Position numbers and translations under genes: made by a program. Of a stretch of DNA of 64,000 nt, positions 31,666 through 42,079 are shown piece after piece (positions within the stretch are counted from its first letter, which is position 1; the number at the start of each line of letters is the position of its first letter). The notes below the pieces were generated by a model, which did not search any database, was not told the origin of the DNA, and saw nothing but the letters and a program-made list of their open reading frames with translations. The DNA lies in NCBI GenBank assembly GCA_965223005.1, contig CBDCVK010000008.1:32001-96000 (forward strand). The letters are read 5' to 3'. This stretch comes from Terriglobia bacterium. GTDB lineage: Bacteria > Acidobacteriota > Terriglobia > JAJPHL01 > JAPKYU01.

Positions 31666-32643
31666 CTACCTGGTCAGAAACGTCAGCAGGATAGCCTTGG
31701 CCATGTGCAAGCGGTTTTCCGCCTGGTCGAACACCACTGAGCGTGGCGATTCAATGACTTCTTCCGACACCTCCTCGCCGCGATGGGCCGGCAAGCAGTG
31801 CATGAAGACGGCATCGGGTCGGGCACGGGCGAACAGCTCGGGGGTTACGCGGTACGGAGCGAAGACACGGGCGCGCTCGTCGGCCTCCTGCTCGAAGCCC
31901 ATGCTGGCCCAAACGTCGCTGTAGACGGCGTGTGCCCCTTCGACGGCTTCTTCGGCGACGTGCCCAACTTCCAGCCGCGCGCCGGTGCCCGATGCCAACT
32001 CCTGCGCCAGGGCCACAATGTCGGGATGTGGCGCGTAGGCCTCCGGAGTGGCCACGCGGAGCTGGGCGCCGGCCAGCGCCCCGCACAGCAGCAGTGAATG
32101 CGCCACGTTATTGCCATCCCCGACGAACCCCAGGCGCGCCTGGCTCAGGTTCCCGAAAATCTCTTGCAGGGTGAAGTAGTCGGTGAGCGACTGGCAGGGG
32201 TGGAACACCTCACTCAGGCCGTTGATGATCGGCACCGAGGAGAAGCGGGCAAACTCCTCCACTGTGGCGTGGGAAAAGGTACGAAGGGCCACGGCGTCCA
32301 CCCAGCGAGCCAGGTTGCGTGCCACGTCACAAACCGGCTCACGGTCGGGGATGCGCTGTTGCCCCGTGTCCATGAACACACTCTTACCGCCCAGCATCTT
32401 CATGCCCAGCTCGAAGGTGAAGCGGGTGCGCAGGGAGCGCTTCTCAAAGATCACTGCCAGCGACCGCCCTTCCAGCGCGCCGGCGTAGCGGCGCGGCTCG
32501 GCCTTGACAGCGGCGGCCAGTCGGAATAGTTCGGTGACGGTCGCCGGGCTCAGGTCGTCATCGCGGATCAGGTGGGCCGGAACCTGCACCGGAACCGATA
32601 AGGGCGCGGCACTCGAAACAGCGGGGGCGGCATCTTTTCGCAC
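31666..32643 (-). CDS. argF: Ornithine carbamoyltransferase
   Basis: FEKRSLRTR, HPCQ, GDGNN, DVWASMG, HCLP; probable GTG start at 32643 with a GGAG RBS. Confidence 0.92.
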   Translation of the reverse strand: MRKDAAPAVSSAAPLSVPVQVPAHLIRDDDLSPATVTELFRLAAAVKAEPRRYAGALEGRSLAVIFEKRSLRTRFTFELGMKMLGGKSVFMDTGQQRIPDREPVCDVARNLARWVDAVALRTFSHATVEEFARFSSVPIINGLSEVFHPCQSLTDYFTLQEIFGNLSQARLGFVGDGNNVAHSLLLCGALAGAQLRVATPEAYAPHPDIVALAQELASGTGARLEVGHVAEEAVEGAHAVYSDVWASMGFEQEADERARVFAPYRVTPELFARARPDAVFMHCLPAHRGEEVSEEVIESPRSVVFDQAENRLHMAKAILLTFLTR

Positions 32644-32657
32644 GGCATGTTGCTCCG

Positions 32658-32695
32658 AATGAATAATTATACGCCAGGGTGAATAATTACACAAC
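32658..32695. promoter_or_regulatory. Tandem ARG boxes (ArgR operator)
   Basis: aatgaataattatacgcc and ggtgaataattacacaac, 18 bp each and 2 bp apart; AT-rich island upstream of argF. Confidence 0.85.
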
Positions 32696-32800
32696 GGCCG
32701 TCCTCCCGTCAAGTCCGAACGACGAGGGAAGCCGGCTGGGCTCTCCGCTAGCAGGCAGAAGGGTATACTGGTTCTGGACTCCCTCTGGCGTGGAGGCAGC

Positions 32801-34066
32801 ATGGCCACCATTTCCCTGGAACAAGAGACGAACCCCTGGGAGGCGCAGGCCGCTCGCTTCCATGAAGCCGCGCGACGGCTCAAGCTGGACGGCGGTCTGG
32901 TGAAGTTCCTTCAGCAGCCCAACCGCGAGATCATCGTCCACATCCCGGTGCAAATGGACGACGGGCGCCTGGAGGTGTTCACCGGCTTCCGGGTACAGCA
33001 CTCCATTGCCCGCGGCCCGGCCAAAGGCGGCATCCGGTTTGCACCCGGTGTGACCCTGGATGAGATGTGCGCCCTGGCGTCCTGGATGACCTGGAAGTGC
33101 GCCGTAGTCAACATTCCCTTCGGAGGCGCTAAGGGAGGCGTGGTGTGCGACCCGCATCTTCTTTCCAGCGCGGAACTGGAGCGAATCACACGGCGGTACA
33201 CGGCCGAGTTGCTGGACTATATGGGCCCGGAGCGGGACGTGCCCGCTCCGGACGTGAACACCGACGAGCAGGTGATGGCCTGGATCATGGACACCTACTC
33301 GATGCACGCGCGTCAAACGGTGACCGCGGTGGTCACTGGCAAGCCGCTGGTCCTGGGAGGTTCGCGAGGACGGCGCCAGGCTACCGGCCTCGGCTGCATG
33401 ATTGTCTGCGACGAGGCGTTGCAGAAGCTTGGACTGGGCCGCCAGGATGCCCGCGTCATCATCCAGGGCTTCGGCAACGTCGGGGGTCAGGCAGCGCGTC
33501 TAATGCATCAGGCCGGGTACAAGATTGTCGGCATCGCCGAGGCTGACGCGGCGGTCTACAACCGGCACGGGCTGGACATTCCTGCGCTGGCCCGCCACCG
33601 CGAGGAACAGGGGACGTTGGCTGGTTTTCCCGAGGCCGAGCCAGTGGAGCCGCACGTGCTTCTCACCCATGAGTGCGATGTACTGTTGCCGGCGGCTGTC
33701 GAGAACCAGATCACTTCGCACAACGCCGACCGGCTGCGCACCCGAGTCGTCATCGAGGGCGCCAATGGGCCTACCACTCCGCTGGCGGACGAAATCCTGC
33801 GGGGGAAGCGGATCTTCGTGGTGCCGGACATCTTGGCCAACGCTGGCGGCGTCACCGTTTCCTATTTCGAATGGGTGCAGGACCGGCAGGGCTACTTCTG
33901 GACTGAGAAGATGGTGAGTGAGCGGCTGGAGCACATCATGCGCAGCGCATTCCACGACGTGGACAGCTACGTGGAAAGATATCAGGTCAGTATGCGCATC
34001 GCCGCCCACATGCTGGCGATGGACCGCGTGGCCTTTGCTGTGAAGTTGCGCGGCATCTACGCCTGA
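32801..34066 (+). CDS. gdhA: Glu/Leu/Phe/Val dehydrogenase (glutamate dehydrogenase)
   Basis: [46 protein letters not shown]. Confidence 0.9.
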   Translation: MATISLEQETNPWEAQAARFHEAARRLKLDGGLVKFLQQPNREIIVHIPVQMDDGRLEVFTGFRVQHSIARGPAKGGIRFAPGVTLDEMCALASWMTWKCAVVNIPFGGAKGGVVCDPHLLSSAELERITRRYTAELLDYMGPERDVPAPDVNTDEQVMAWIMDTYSMHARQTVTAVVTGKPLVLGGSRGRRQATGLGCMIVCDEALQKLGLGRQDARVIIQGFGNVGGQAARLMHQAGYKIVGIAEADAAVYNRHGLDIPALARHREEQGTLAGFPEAEPVEPHVLLTHECDVLLPAAVENQITSHNADRLRTRVVIEGANGPTTPLADEILRGKRIFVVPDILANAGGVTVSYFEWVQDRQGYFWTEKMVSERLEHIMRSAFHDVDSYVERYQVSMRIAAHMLAMDRVAFAVKLRGIYA

Positions 34067-34123
34067 CTTCAAAATCGAGCCTGAGTTCCCAATTGGGTAC
34101 CTCGCGTGCACGCACGCGCGGCG

Positions 34124-34152
34124 TTGACACCTGCACTGCCCCTATCTAGAAT
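34124..34152 (+). promoter_or_regulatory. Sigma70 promoter
   Basis: TTGACA-17 nt-TAGAAT. Confidence 0.75.
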
Positions 34153-34211
34153 AGGAACCGCGGTGAAGACGGACGGAGCAGGCCAGAACGCAGGAAACGG
34201 CAAAGGGGTTA

Positions 34212-34925
34212 GTGCCGGGAGCTCTCGTGCCCACAGCGAAAACCTCGTCTCGTAGCCGGGCCAAAGATAAAAAGAAGATACGCATCGTCATTGCTGACGA
34301 CCACGCTATCTTCCGTGATGGCCTGAAGAAACTCCTGAGCCTGGAGCGGGACCTGGACGTCATCGGAGAGGCCGAGGACGGGCAGCAGACCGTCGAGTTG
34401 GTCAAGAAGCTGCAGCCTGACATCCTGCTGCTAGACCTGAAGATGCCCGTGATGAACGGTCTGGCGGCGCTGGAACAAATCCACGACCGGGTGAAAACCA
34501 CTCGGGTCATCGTGCTGACCGCCTCCGAACATGAGGAGGAGGTAGTGGAGGCCGTGAGGCTGGGAACGGCTGGCGTGGTGCGGAAGCAGTCCGCCACGGA
34601 CATGCTGATCAAGAGCATCCGCAAGGTGGCTGGCGGGGAAGTCTGGCTGGACAGCCGCCTGACAGCAGCGGTATTGCGCGAATTTTCCGAGCCGCCCCCG
34701 GCGCCCCGCGAACAGCCCAAAAACTTGCTCAGCGGGCGCGAGCGCGAAATTGTCGGCCTCGTCTGCCAGGGCTTCCGCAACAAGGAAATTGCCGAGAAGA
34801 TGTTCATCAGCGAGCAGACGGTGAAAAACCACCTGCACAATATCTTCGACAAGCTGGGCGTGTCCGACCGTCTGGAGCTGGCGCTCTACGCAATTCACAA
34901 GAAGCTGAACGATCCGGTCGCCTAA
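34212..34925 (+). CDS. NarL/LuxR-family response regulator (no kinase adjacent)
   Basis: IADDH, LLDLKMP, LSGRERE...NKEIA...TVKNH. Confidence 0.93.
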   Translation: MPGALVPTAKTSSRSRAKDKKKIRIVIADDHAIFRDGLKKLLSLERDLDVIGEAEDGQQTVELVKKLQPDILLLDLKMPVMNGLAALEQIHDRVKTTRVIVLTASEHEEEVVEAVRLGTAGVVRKQSATDMLIKSIRKVAGGEVWLDSRLTAAVLREFSEPPPAPREQPKNLLSGREREIVGLVCQGFRNKEIAEKMFISEQTVKNHLHNIFDKLGVSDRLELALYAIHKKLNDPVA

Positions 34926-34965
34926 CACCCTTCCGGCGAGCCTGGTCCGTTCCGGAGGAATTTCC

Positions 34966-35694
34966 ATGCGCAGGTTACTCTATCTGTATCACGCGGCCCC
35001 CGGTGCTGCCGGAGATCTAGCCTTCACCTACCTGCACGAGAGCGCGGTCAAGACCGGACCGATCGTGAAACAAATCGGAGAGGAAAGCGGCGCCTTTGAG
35101 ACCACGGTCACCGATGACTGCAGCGTACTCACCGCAGAGAACTTGAAGAAATATGACGCGGTGTTGTTCTTCACGAGCGGGGAGCTGCCCATTTCCGAGG
35201 AAGAGAAGCAAGGGCTGCTGGATTTTGTCCACGGAGGCAAAGGCCTTGCCGGCCTCCATAGCGCCACCGACACCTTCTATCGGTGGCCAGCGTACGGGGA
35301 GCTGATCGGCGGCTACTACAACGGGCATCCCTGGCACGAGCTGGACCGCGAAAGCGACTGGCCCGAAGTGCGCATAAAAGTGGAAGACCGAAACCACCCG
35401 GCCACACGGCACCTGGGCGAAGGGTTCACCATCAAGGATGAGATTTACGAGTTCCGAAACTGGTCACGCGACAAGGTGCACGTGCTGCTCAGCCTGGACA
35501 CCGATTCGGTCGATTTGAACAACAAGGAAGTTAACCGTACCGACAAAGACTTTGGCGTGGCTTGGACGCGCACCTATGGCCAGGGACGGGTTTTTTACTC
35601 TGCTCCAGGGCACCTGCCCGATATCTGGGCTGGCGAGCGCCTCCGGACCTTCCTGCTAAACGGGCTGCGCTGGGTCATGGGCGACGCCAAGTAG
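34966..35694 (+). CDS. ThuA-like domain protein
   Basis: GGKGLAGLHSA, GHP, HPAT, DEIY, GRVFY..PGH. Confidence 0.85.
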   Translation: MRRLLYLYHAAPGAAGDLAFTYLHESAVKTGPIVKQIGEESGAFETTVTDDCSVLTAENLKKYDAVLFFTSGELPISEEEKQGLLDFVHGGKGLAGLHSATDTFYRWPAYGELIGGYYNGHPWHELDRESDWPEVRIKVEDRNHPATRHLGEGFTIKDEIYEFRNWSRDKVHVLLSLDTDSVDLNNKEVNRTDKDFGVAWTRTYGQGRVFYSAPGHLPDIWAGERLRTFLLNGLRWVMGDAK

Positions 35695-35779
35695 CGGCGG
35701 CGCCCTGCCTGCCCCACTCCAGCCAACGCTCCCGCCCCCGCTGAACGGCTTGCAATGGGCCCTGGGCGATTCCTTCACC

Positions 35780-37429
35780 CTATCCTGACGATTCCCGTGA
35801 GCTGGTTGGCTTGCCCAAGGAGTCAGCCAAGGAGTCAGAATGTCGCCCGGAGCCTTCCGGCTCCTGATCAGCGACTGAGTGCTTGGATCGGCCGGACCAC
35901 CGAAGCTCGTAGATCCTTGGAAGTCCTTCTTGCTCATCGGACGGCGGGTGGAAGCTCCGCACGACCTTGTGCCGGCCGAACGCCCGGCTGCTGAGGAGAG
36001 CGGCAAGCGCATCGCCGATTGCTGATTCGTACGACCAGCGCTGGGTCCAGGGGAAGACGGTCGCCTGAATCCATTGTCGCGGAAGGCGTTCTCGTTCGCC
36101 GAGCGCGATCTGCTCACTCACCCACCGCAAGAACTCAAGCTTCTGACGCAGAAGTTCCTTCGGATTCCGGCGTGAGGCGATCGAGGAGAACCCAGCTCGC
36201 TCCAGCTCGAAGAGGACATCTTCGCGAAGGGTGTGCACGTGTCCATGTGCTTCGATCATGATCTCGATCTCCAGCTGCAACAGCCGTTCCAGAGCCACAA
36301 TCCAGCCGTGGTGATCAACCTCCTCGTTTGGACTCGAGAAGTGCGTGCCCATGAACGCATCGCCGGCCAGCAGCAATCTTTCGTGGGGGATGTAGAAGCT
36401 GACGTGTTCGTCGCAGTGGCCTGGTGTCTCAATGACCTGAACGAGATCGCAATCCTCTTGACCCAGGACTAGCCTCTCTGCCAGAGGTTCGATGGGTGAG
36501 AGAACTGCGCGGGGCTGCCCAATCACCAGCCGCCGCATAAAGGGGATCCGCGGAGGCGCAAGCAACATCGGGATAGCGCGTGGATGGGCCCGGACGCGCG
36601 CCCCGGTGGCGCCGGCGGCCAGCTCGAGGTTTCCGCCGTGTTCTTCGTGGGCGTGCGTTGCCACCACGTATCTGATTTTGTGCTTTGCCTCCTCGAGGTG
36701 GTGTGCCACGCAGCCCCGCATGCGTGTCCCTCCGGGATCGACGAGGAGCGAGCGATAGCGGATCATGGTGAACAGTTCGCCGAACAGCAGGGAAACCGTC
36801 CAACTGATTCCGCCCCGGAGAAAGTAGATCGAGAGTCGACCGCCAAGCAGCGTCGCCACACGGTTACGAGTACGCCACCAGGTGACTGACTGGAATCCCA
36901 AACGCCGAATATAGAGGAGTGCACTGAGAGGGGCGACGATGCCCCATCCCAAGAGGCGGCAGATCTGAAACGCTCTCCACGGCGCCTCCTGTCGGACGAG
37001 ATTTTGATCAACGCTCCTGCATACACCGCCGCGGCAACGGCTCAAGCTGTATCTGTTGGCCGCTACCCATCGGTAGAACCATCCCGCAACCGCGGAGACC
37101 CCTGGGACGCTCGCCAGCCATCCGACAAGCCAAGTTAGAGGGAACAAGCGGGCGAGCGCCGCAACGGCTGGGGCTCCCATGAAGACCTGTCCGCTGGGCG
37201 CCGCCACGTGGAGGTTGCGCAAAAGGTCCTCCATGGGGGCGTCCGGTGGTGCGGCGTCCGGATCGCCCGCCAACACGCTGGCCAACACGCTGGAAAGAGG
37301 GATTGCGACCACACCACAACATTGCCGTCGATTGAGCCAACGCAACCACGCCACGCCGGCCTGACAGACCTCACACTGGTCATCGTACCAGAGGCGCCAG
37401 TTCGTCTCGCGTGCTACGCCGGAAGCCAT
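35780..37429 (-). CDS. DCC1-like thiol-disulfide domain fused to a metallo-beta-lactamase-fold hydrolase
   Basis: N-terminal YDDQCEVC and YRWVAANRY; C-terminal THAHEEH, TPGH, AGD, EAHG. Confidence 0.8.
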   Translation of the reverse strand: MASGVARETNWRLWYDDQCEVCQAGVAWLRWLNRRQCCGVVAIPLSSVLASVLAGDPDAAPPDAPMEDLLRNLHVAAPSGQVFMGAPAVAALARLFPLTWLVGWLASVPGVSAVAGWFYRWVAANRYSLSRCRGGVCRSVDQNLVRQEAPWRAFQICRLLGWGIVAPLSALLYIRRLGFQSVTWWRTRNRVATLLGGRLSIYFLRGGISWTVSLLFGELFTMIRYRSLLVDPGGTRMRGCVAHHLEEAKHKIRYVVATHAHEEHGGNLELAAGATGARVRAHPRAIPMLLAPPRIPFMRRLVIGQPRAVLSPIEPLAERLVLGQEDCDLVQVIETPGHCDEHVSFYIPHERLLLAGDAFMGTHFSSPNEEVDHHGWIVALERLLQLEIEIMIEAHGHVHTLREDVLFELERAGFSSIASRRNPKELLRQKLEFLRWVSEQIALGERERLPRQWIQATVFPWTQRWSYESAIGDALAALLSSRAFGRHKVVRSFHPPSDEQEGLPRIYELRWSGRSKHSVADQEPEGSGRHSDSLADSLGKPTSSRESSG

Positions 37430-37502
37430 AAACTCTCCGTGCGCGAGCCAATGTGTCCGGTTGTGATCGAGGCAGCTGAGTCCGGGTTCTCAATCCTTCG
37501 TT

Positions 37503-39302
37503 TCAGGTTTCGACGCGCAGCACCGCCAGGAAAGCTTCCTGGGGAATGTCCACGCGGCCCACTCGTTTCATCCGCCGCTTGCCTTCCTTCTGCCTCTCGA
37601 GCAGCTTCCTCTTACGAGTGACGTCGCCGCCGTAGCACTTGGCCAGCACGTTTTTTCGCAACGCCCGCACCGTTTCCCGGGCGATGACCCGGTTGCCGAT
37701 GGCGGCTTGCAGGCTGACCTCGAATGACTGTCGAGGGATCAACTCCTTCATCTTTTCCACCAGGGCCTTGCCGCGGGCATAGGCGCGGTCGCGGTGCACG
37801 ACGGTGGAAAGCGCGTCCACCGGTTCGCCCGCTACCAGGATGTCCAGCTTCACTAGCGGAGCCTCACGGTAGCCGGAGAGGTGGTAGTCCAGCGAGGCGT
37901 ACCCGCGGGAAACCGTTTTCAAACGGTCGTAGAAATCCAGCACAACCTCATTCAGGGGAAGTTCATAGGTCAGCAGGACACGCCCCGGCGCCAGGTATTC
38001 GAAGCCCTTCTGCACGCCACGTTTCTCTCCCAGCAGCTTCAGGACGTTTCCCAGGTATTCGTCGGGAGTGATGATGGTGGTGGTGAGAATGGGCTCCTCG
38101 ATCTGAGCGATTTCTTGCACCGTCGGCAACCGACTGGGGTTGTCCAGTTCGCGCATCTCGCCCGAGTGAGTGATCACACGGTAGCGAACACCCGGAGCCG
38201 TAGTGATCAACTCCAAGTGGAACTCGCGCTCCAACCGCTCCTGCACGATTTCCATGTGCAACAGTCCCAGGAATCCGCAGCGGAATCCGAAGCCAAGCGC
38301 CTCCGAACTCTCCGGTTCGAAGAAGAACGAGGAATCATTGAGTCGCAGCTTGTTCAGAGCGTCGCGTAAGGGCTCCTGGTGGTCGGCATCCACCGGATAG
38401 AGCCCGGCAAAGACCATCGGCTTGGCCTCGTCGAAGCCGGGCAGGGGCGCGGCGGCAGGCCGCCGATCCTCGATGATGGTGTCGCCAATCTTGGTGTCCG
38501 CCACACGCTTAATGTTGGCCACCAGTAGTCCCACCTCGCCCGTCCCGAGTTGAGTGACCGCAACGGGCTTAGGCGTCAGCACGCCCAATTCCTCAACCGT
38601 AAAGACCTGGCCGTTGGACCACAGCCGGATGCGCTGGCCGCAGTGCAGGGTCCCTTCCTTCATTCGCACCAGCACAACTGCGCCGCGGTAGGGGTCGAAC
38701 CAGGAGTCGAAAATCAGGGCACGCAGCGGGTCTTGCGGATTGCCCCGGGGAGCAGGCACGCGGGCCACCACCGCTTCCAGCACCTCCTCGATCCCTCCTC
38801 CGTGCTTGGCACTGATGAGCAGAGCTTCGTGGCCCGCCAAGCCAATCAAGTGCTCTACTTGCGCTCGTACTCTTTCTGGTTCGGCCGCCGGTAAGTCAAT
38901 CTTGTTGATGACCGGGATGATTTCCAGGTTGTGCTCCAGGGCCAGGAAGGTATTGGCCAGCGTCTGCGCTTCCACGCCTTGCGAGGCGTCCACCACCAGC
39001 AGCGCTCCTTCGCAAGCGGCTAGGCTGCGCGAGACCTCGTAGGTAAAGTCCACGTGCCCCGGCGTGTCAATCAGGTTGAGCTGATAGATTTGCCCGTCAC
39101 GGGCCCGGTAATTGAGACGAACCGCATGGGCCTTGATGGTGATGCCACGTTCGCGCTCCAGATCCATGCTGTCCAGCACTTGCTCGGCCATCTCGCGCGA
39201 GCTCAGGGCTCCTGTCCATTCCAGCAGCCGGTCGGCGAGCGTGGATTTCCCGTGGTCAATGTGGGCGATAATCGAGAAATTGCGGATTAACTCGCGATGC
39301 AT
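37503..39302 (-). CDS. lepA: Elongation factor 4
   Basis: [33 protein letters not shown]. Confidence 0.97.
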   Translation of the reverse strand: MHRELIRNFSIIAHIDHGKSTLADRLLEWTGALSSREMAEQVLDSMDLERERGITIKAHAVRLNYRARDGQIYQLNLIDTPGHVDFTYEVSRSLAACEGALLVVDASQGVEAQTLANTFLALEHNLEIIPVINKIDLPAAEPERVRAQVEHLIGLAGHEALLISAKHGGGIEEVLEAVVARVPAPRGNPQDPLRALIFDSWFDPYRGAVVLVRMKEGTLHCGQRIRLWSNGQVFTVEELGVLTPKPVAVTQLGTGEVGLLVANIKRVADTKIGDTIIEDRRPAAAPLPGFDEAKPMVFAGLYPVDADHQEPLRDALNKLRLNDSSFFFEPESSEALGFGFRCGFLGLLHMEIVQERLEREFHLELITTAPGVRYRVITHSGEMRELDNPSRLPTVQEIAQIEEPILTTTIITPDEYLGNVLKLLGEKRGVQKGFEYLAPGRVLLTYELPLNEVVLDFYDRLKTVSRGYASLDYHLSGYREAPLVKLDILVAGEPVDALSTVVHRDRAYARGKALVEKMKELIPRQSFEVSLQAAIGNRVIARETVRALRKNVLAKCYGGDVTRKRKLLERQKEGKRRMKRVGRVDIPQEAFLAVLRVET

Positions 39303-39385
39303 CCGAGGAAGACGATTTGCCCAGGAAGAGCTCGCAGGCGAGTCAAGACAGGCACCGAGTTGAACCTAGCAGAGAGGTTGCGCGG

Positions 39386-39414
39386 TTGTCAATTCAGTCC
39401 GGTTTCATTAGAAT
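39386..39414 (+). promoter_or_regulatory. Sigma70 promoter
   Basis: TTGTCA-17 nt-TAGAAT, about 40 nt upstream of ATG 39453. Confidence 0.65.
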
Positions 39415-39452
39415 GACTTTCGCAAGCCAGCCCGCCACTGCCGCGGGGTCCC

Positions 39453-42008
39453 ATGCCGGATATCACCAAGCGCCTGGAAAAAGCCGAAAAATACCTCCAA
39501 AAGAACCGGCCCGACGCGGCTATCGAGCAGTACCTGGCTGCCTGGAAAGAGGATCCCCACAACGACGCGGTAGCTGAAATTGTGGCTGACCTCTACGTGC
39601 GGCAAAACCATAAGAACCGGGCGCTGGAGTGTTACGGGTACCTGTTCGACAAGCACACAGAGCGAAACGATGGCTCCAAGGCCATTCTGGTGTTCCGCAA
39701 GATGGGCAAGCTGGGCGAACAGGATCCGGATCGGATGCTGACCGTTGCCCGGTTCCAGGAAAAACAGAGGCCTGAGGAAGCACAAGAGAGCTACCGGGTT
39801 GCCGCACAGACTTTCTTGGAGCGCGGCGATCAGGGCAAAGCGCTGGAGGCGCTGCGCGGTCTGGCGGCACTGGACGACCTGAATCCCGACGTGCACCTGC
39901 AGCTAGGCGAGGTCGCAGAGAGCTTGGGGAGTAAGGAGCTGGCCGCTGGCTCCCTGGCGCGGGCGGCGGAACTACGCCGCGCCAGCCAAGCCGACGGCGA
40001 TGATCAAACCCTCGCGCTATTGGAACGGGCCCAGGCCCTAGCCCCCAGTGACGGGCATGTAGCCACGGCGCTGGCAACGGCGCTTTTTGACTCCGGCAAC
40101 CCGGGACGTGCTGCCCAACTGCTGGAACCGCTGGCGGCCCAAGGCCTCCCGGAAGTCAACCGGCTACTGGCCCAGGCGCACCTGGCCACGGGGAACCTGG
40201 CTCGCGCCGAGGAACTGCTGTGGGGCATCGCTCCTGAGTTCCCCGACGCCTACCAGCAGCTGCATCGAGTAACGGAGGGCTACCTGCGCCGGCGGAACAA
40301 TGAGGACGCCGCCAAACTTCTGCGCAAACTGAAGAAATCCATGTTCGCGGCCCAGAAGGACCGCGACTTCATCTCCTCCGTGGAGGGATTACAGCAGAAG
40401 GGCCTGGCGGGCGTCGAGGTGTTGGAGTTTCTGGCTGAACTGTACAACGAGCTTAACTACGACTCCCTGTTCAGCAGCGCACAGGGCCAACTCTTTGACC
40501 TGCACGCGGATGCCGAAGAGTACATCAAGGCGGCTAACGCCTTGGACCGCCTGGTGGACGTGGACCCCTACGATGCCCGGAACAGCGAGCGCCTGCAGCG
40601 GCTGAGCGGGAAGCTGGACCCGCATCGTTACCAGGCGATTGCGTCCCGCTTCCAGCAGGCTGCCGACACTACAGCTCCAGTGGCTGCTGCCGAAGCGCCG
40701 TCACAAGAGGCTGGGCAGAGTACCGACGGTGAAGCGGAAAGCGATGTCCTGGAAGACCTGATCTTGCAAGCCGAGATTTTCCAGCAGTACGGGCTGAAGC
40801 ATCGGGCCGTCGAGCGCCTGCAGCGGATCGCCCGGCTGTTCCCTGGCGAGGAGCAACGCAACGAGAAGCTGCGTTCCCTGTACGGGTCGGCTCAATTTTC
40901 ACCCAAACCGGCGCCAGCAGCGCCAGCAGAGCCGAGCGGCGAGCCGACTGCCACTCCGTCGGCCGAAGAAACGCTGGCCGACATCACCCGCGTCGCCGAA
41001 ATTACCCGCAATATCTGCCGGGAGGGCACCGTCAAGGCGGTCATGTCCACTGCCGCTAACGAAATCGGGAAAACCTGGCGGGGCAGTCGTTGTGTCGCCG
41101 GCTTGTGCACGCCCGGCAAGCCCCCTTCGGCAGTGCTGGAATACTGTGCCTCGGGCATACCCCAGTCCGAGGTGATTTCCATCGTGAAGCTGGTCTCCTC
41201 TCTGGTGCAGATCGCCTCTGACGGGAACCCGCTGTCTGTGGAGGACGCGGCCGCTTCTGCCAAACTCTCCAAGCTTGCCCCCGTCCTACAGTCCCTGCAG
41301 ATCAAGTCGCTGCTGGCGCTGCCCATGATGGAGACCGATCAGCCCATCGGCATTATTGTGTTCGAGCAATGCGACCGGATGCGCCGCTGGCGGTCCAACG
41401 ACGTCGTGGTCCTCAAAGCGCTCGTGGACCAGACTACGATCGCCATCTCCCACGTCAAATTGCGCAGCTTGATGAAGACGCTGGCGGTGGCCGACGAGGG
41501 ATCTGGGCTGCTCAACCGCGGCTCCTACCTGAATGCCCTGCTCTCGGAATGTGGCCGGGCGCAAAAGCAGCGCACCCCGCTGTCGGTTCTGCTGCTACAG
41601 TTTGGGCGCGAGTCGCAAGCGGCGCGCGAGCTGGAGGAGGCGGTCGTGCAGCCATACGTTCAGGAGGCAGCGCAGGTGATCATGGGCTACCTGCGCCAGA
41701 ACGACATCGCCATCCGCTACGACACCACGACCCTGGCTCTGGTTCTGCCCGACACCAAAGGCAAGGACACGTTCTTCGTGGTGGACAAGATGCGTAAGAT
41801 GATAAGCGGAGTCAAGATGGCCGGCGGAGACGGCCTGCCAATGACCGCTGGCATCGCCGAAGCATTCCTGGAAGGCGACATCGACCCAGTGGATAGCGTC
41901 ACCGAACTGATCAACCGCCTGGAACAGGCCCTGGAGGGGGCCCAGGGGGAGGGTGGTGGCGCCTCTAAATTATTGAAGCCGCCGCTGGAATCGTCAACCG
42001 CAGCCTGA
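39453..42008 (+). CDS. TPR + GAF + degenerate GGDEF-domain protein
   Basis: N-terminal TPRs; GAF-like SLLALPM..PIGII...RRW; GGDEF-like D..SGLLNR, LRQNDIAIRYDTTT. Confidence 0.8.
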   Translation: MPDITKRLEKAEKYLQKNRPDAAIEQYLAAWKEDPHNDAVAEIVADLYVRQNHKNRALECYGYLFDKHTERNDGSKAILVFRKMGKLGEQDPDRMLTVARFQEKQRPEEAQESYRVAAQTFLERGDQGKALEALRGLAALDDLNPDVHLQLGEVAESLGSKELAAGSLARAAELRRASQADGDDQTLALLERAQALAPSDGHVATALATALFDSGNPGRAAQLLEPLAAQGLPEVNRLLAQAHLATGNLARAEELLWGIAPEFPDAYQQLHRVTEGYLRRRNNEDAAKLLRKLKKSMFAAQKDRDFISSVEGLQQKGLAGVEVLEFLAELYNELNYDSLFSSAQGQLFDLHADAEEYIKAANALDRLVDVDPYDARNSERLQRLSGKLDPHRYQAIASRFQQAADTTAPVAAAEAPSQEAGQSTDGEAESDVLEDLILQAEIFQQYGLKHRAVERLQRIARLFPGEEQRNEKLRSLYGSAQFSPKPAPAAPAEPSGEPTATPSAEETLADITRVAEITRNICREGTVKAVMSTAANEIGKTWRGSRCVAGLCTPGKPPSAVLEYCASGIPQSEVISIVKLVSSLVQIASDGNPLSVEDAAASAKLSKLAPVLQSLQIKSLLALPMMETDQPIGIIVFEQCDRMRRWRSNDVVVLKALVDQTTIAISHVKLRSLMKTLAVADEGSGLLNRGSYLNALLSECGRAQKQRTPLSVLLLQFGRESQAARELEEAVVQPYVQEAAQVIMGYLRQNDIAIRYDTTTLALVLPDTKGKDTFFVVDKMRKMISGVKMAGGDGLPMTAGIAEAFLEGDIDPVDSVTELINRLEQALEGAQGEGGGASKLLKPPLESSTAA

Positions 42009-42079
42009 CAGCAGGTGATCCCCGCGAGGAGTACATAGCCCCAGGAGTACCTAGCCATGGAAGTGCATAAGGCCTAGCT

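Noticed and set aside
31666-32643. N-acetyl/succinyl-ornithine carbamoyltransferase because of SLRT
   Set aside because: The canonical DxxxSMG ornithine-binding loop is retained, so ordinary ArgF is more likely.
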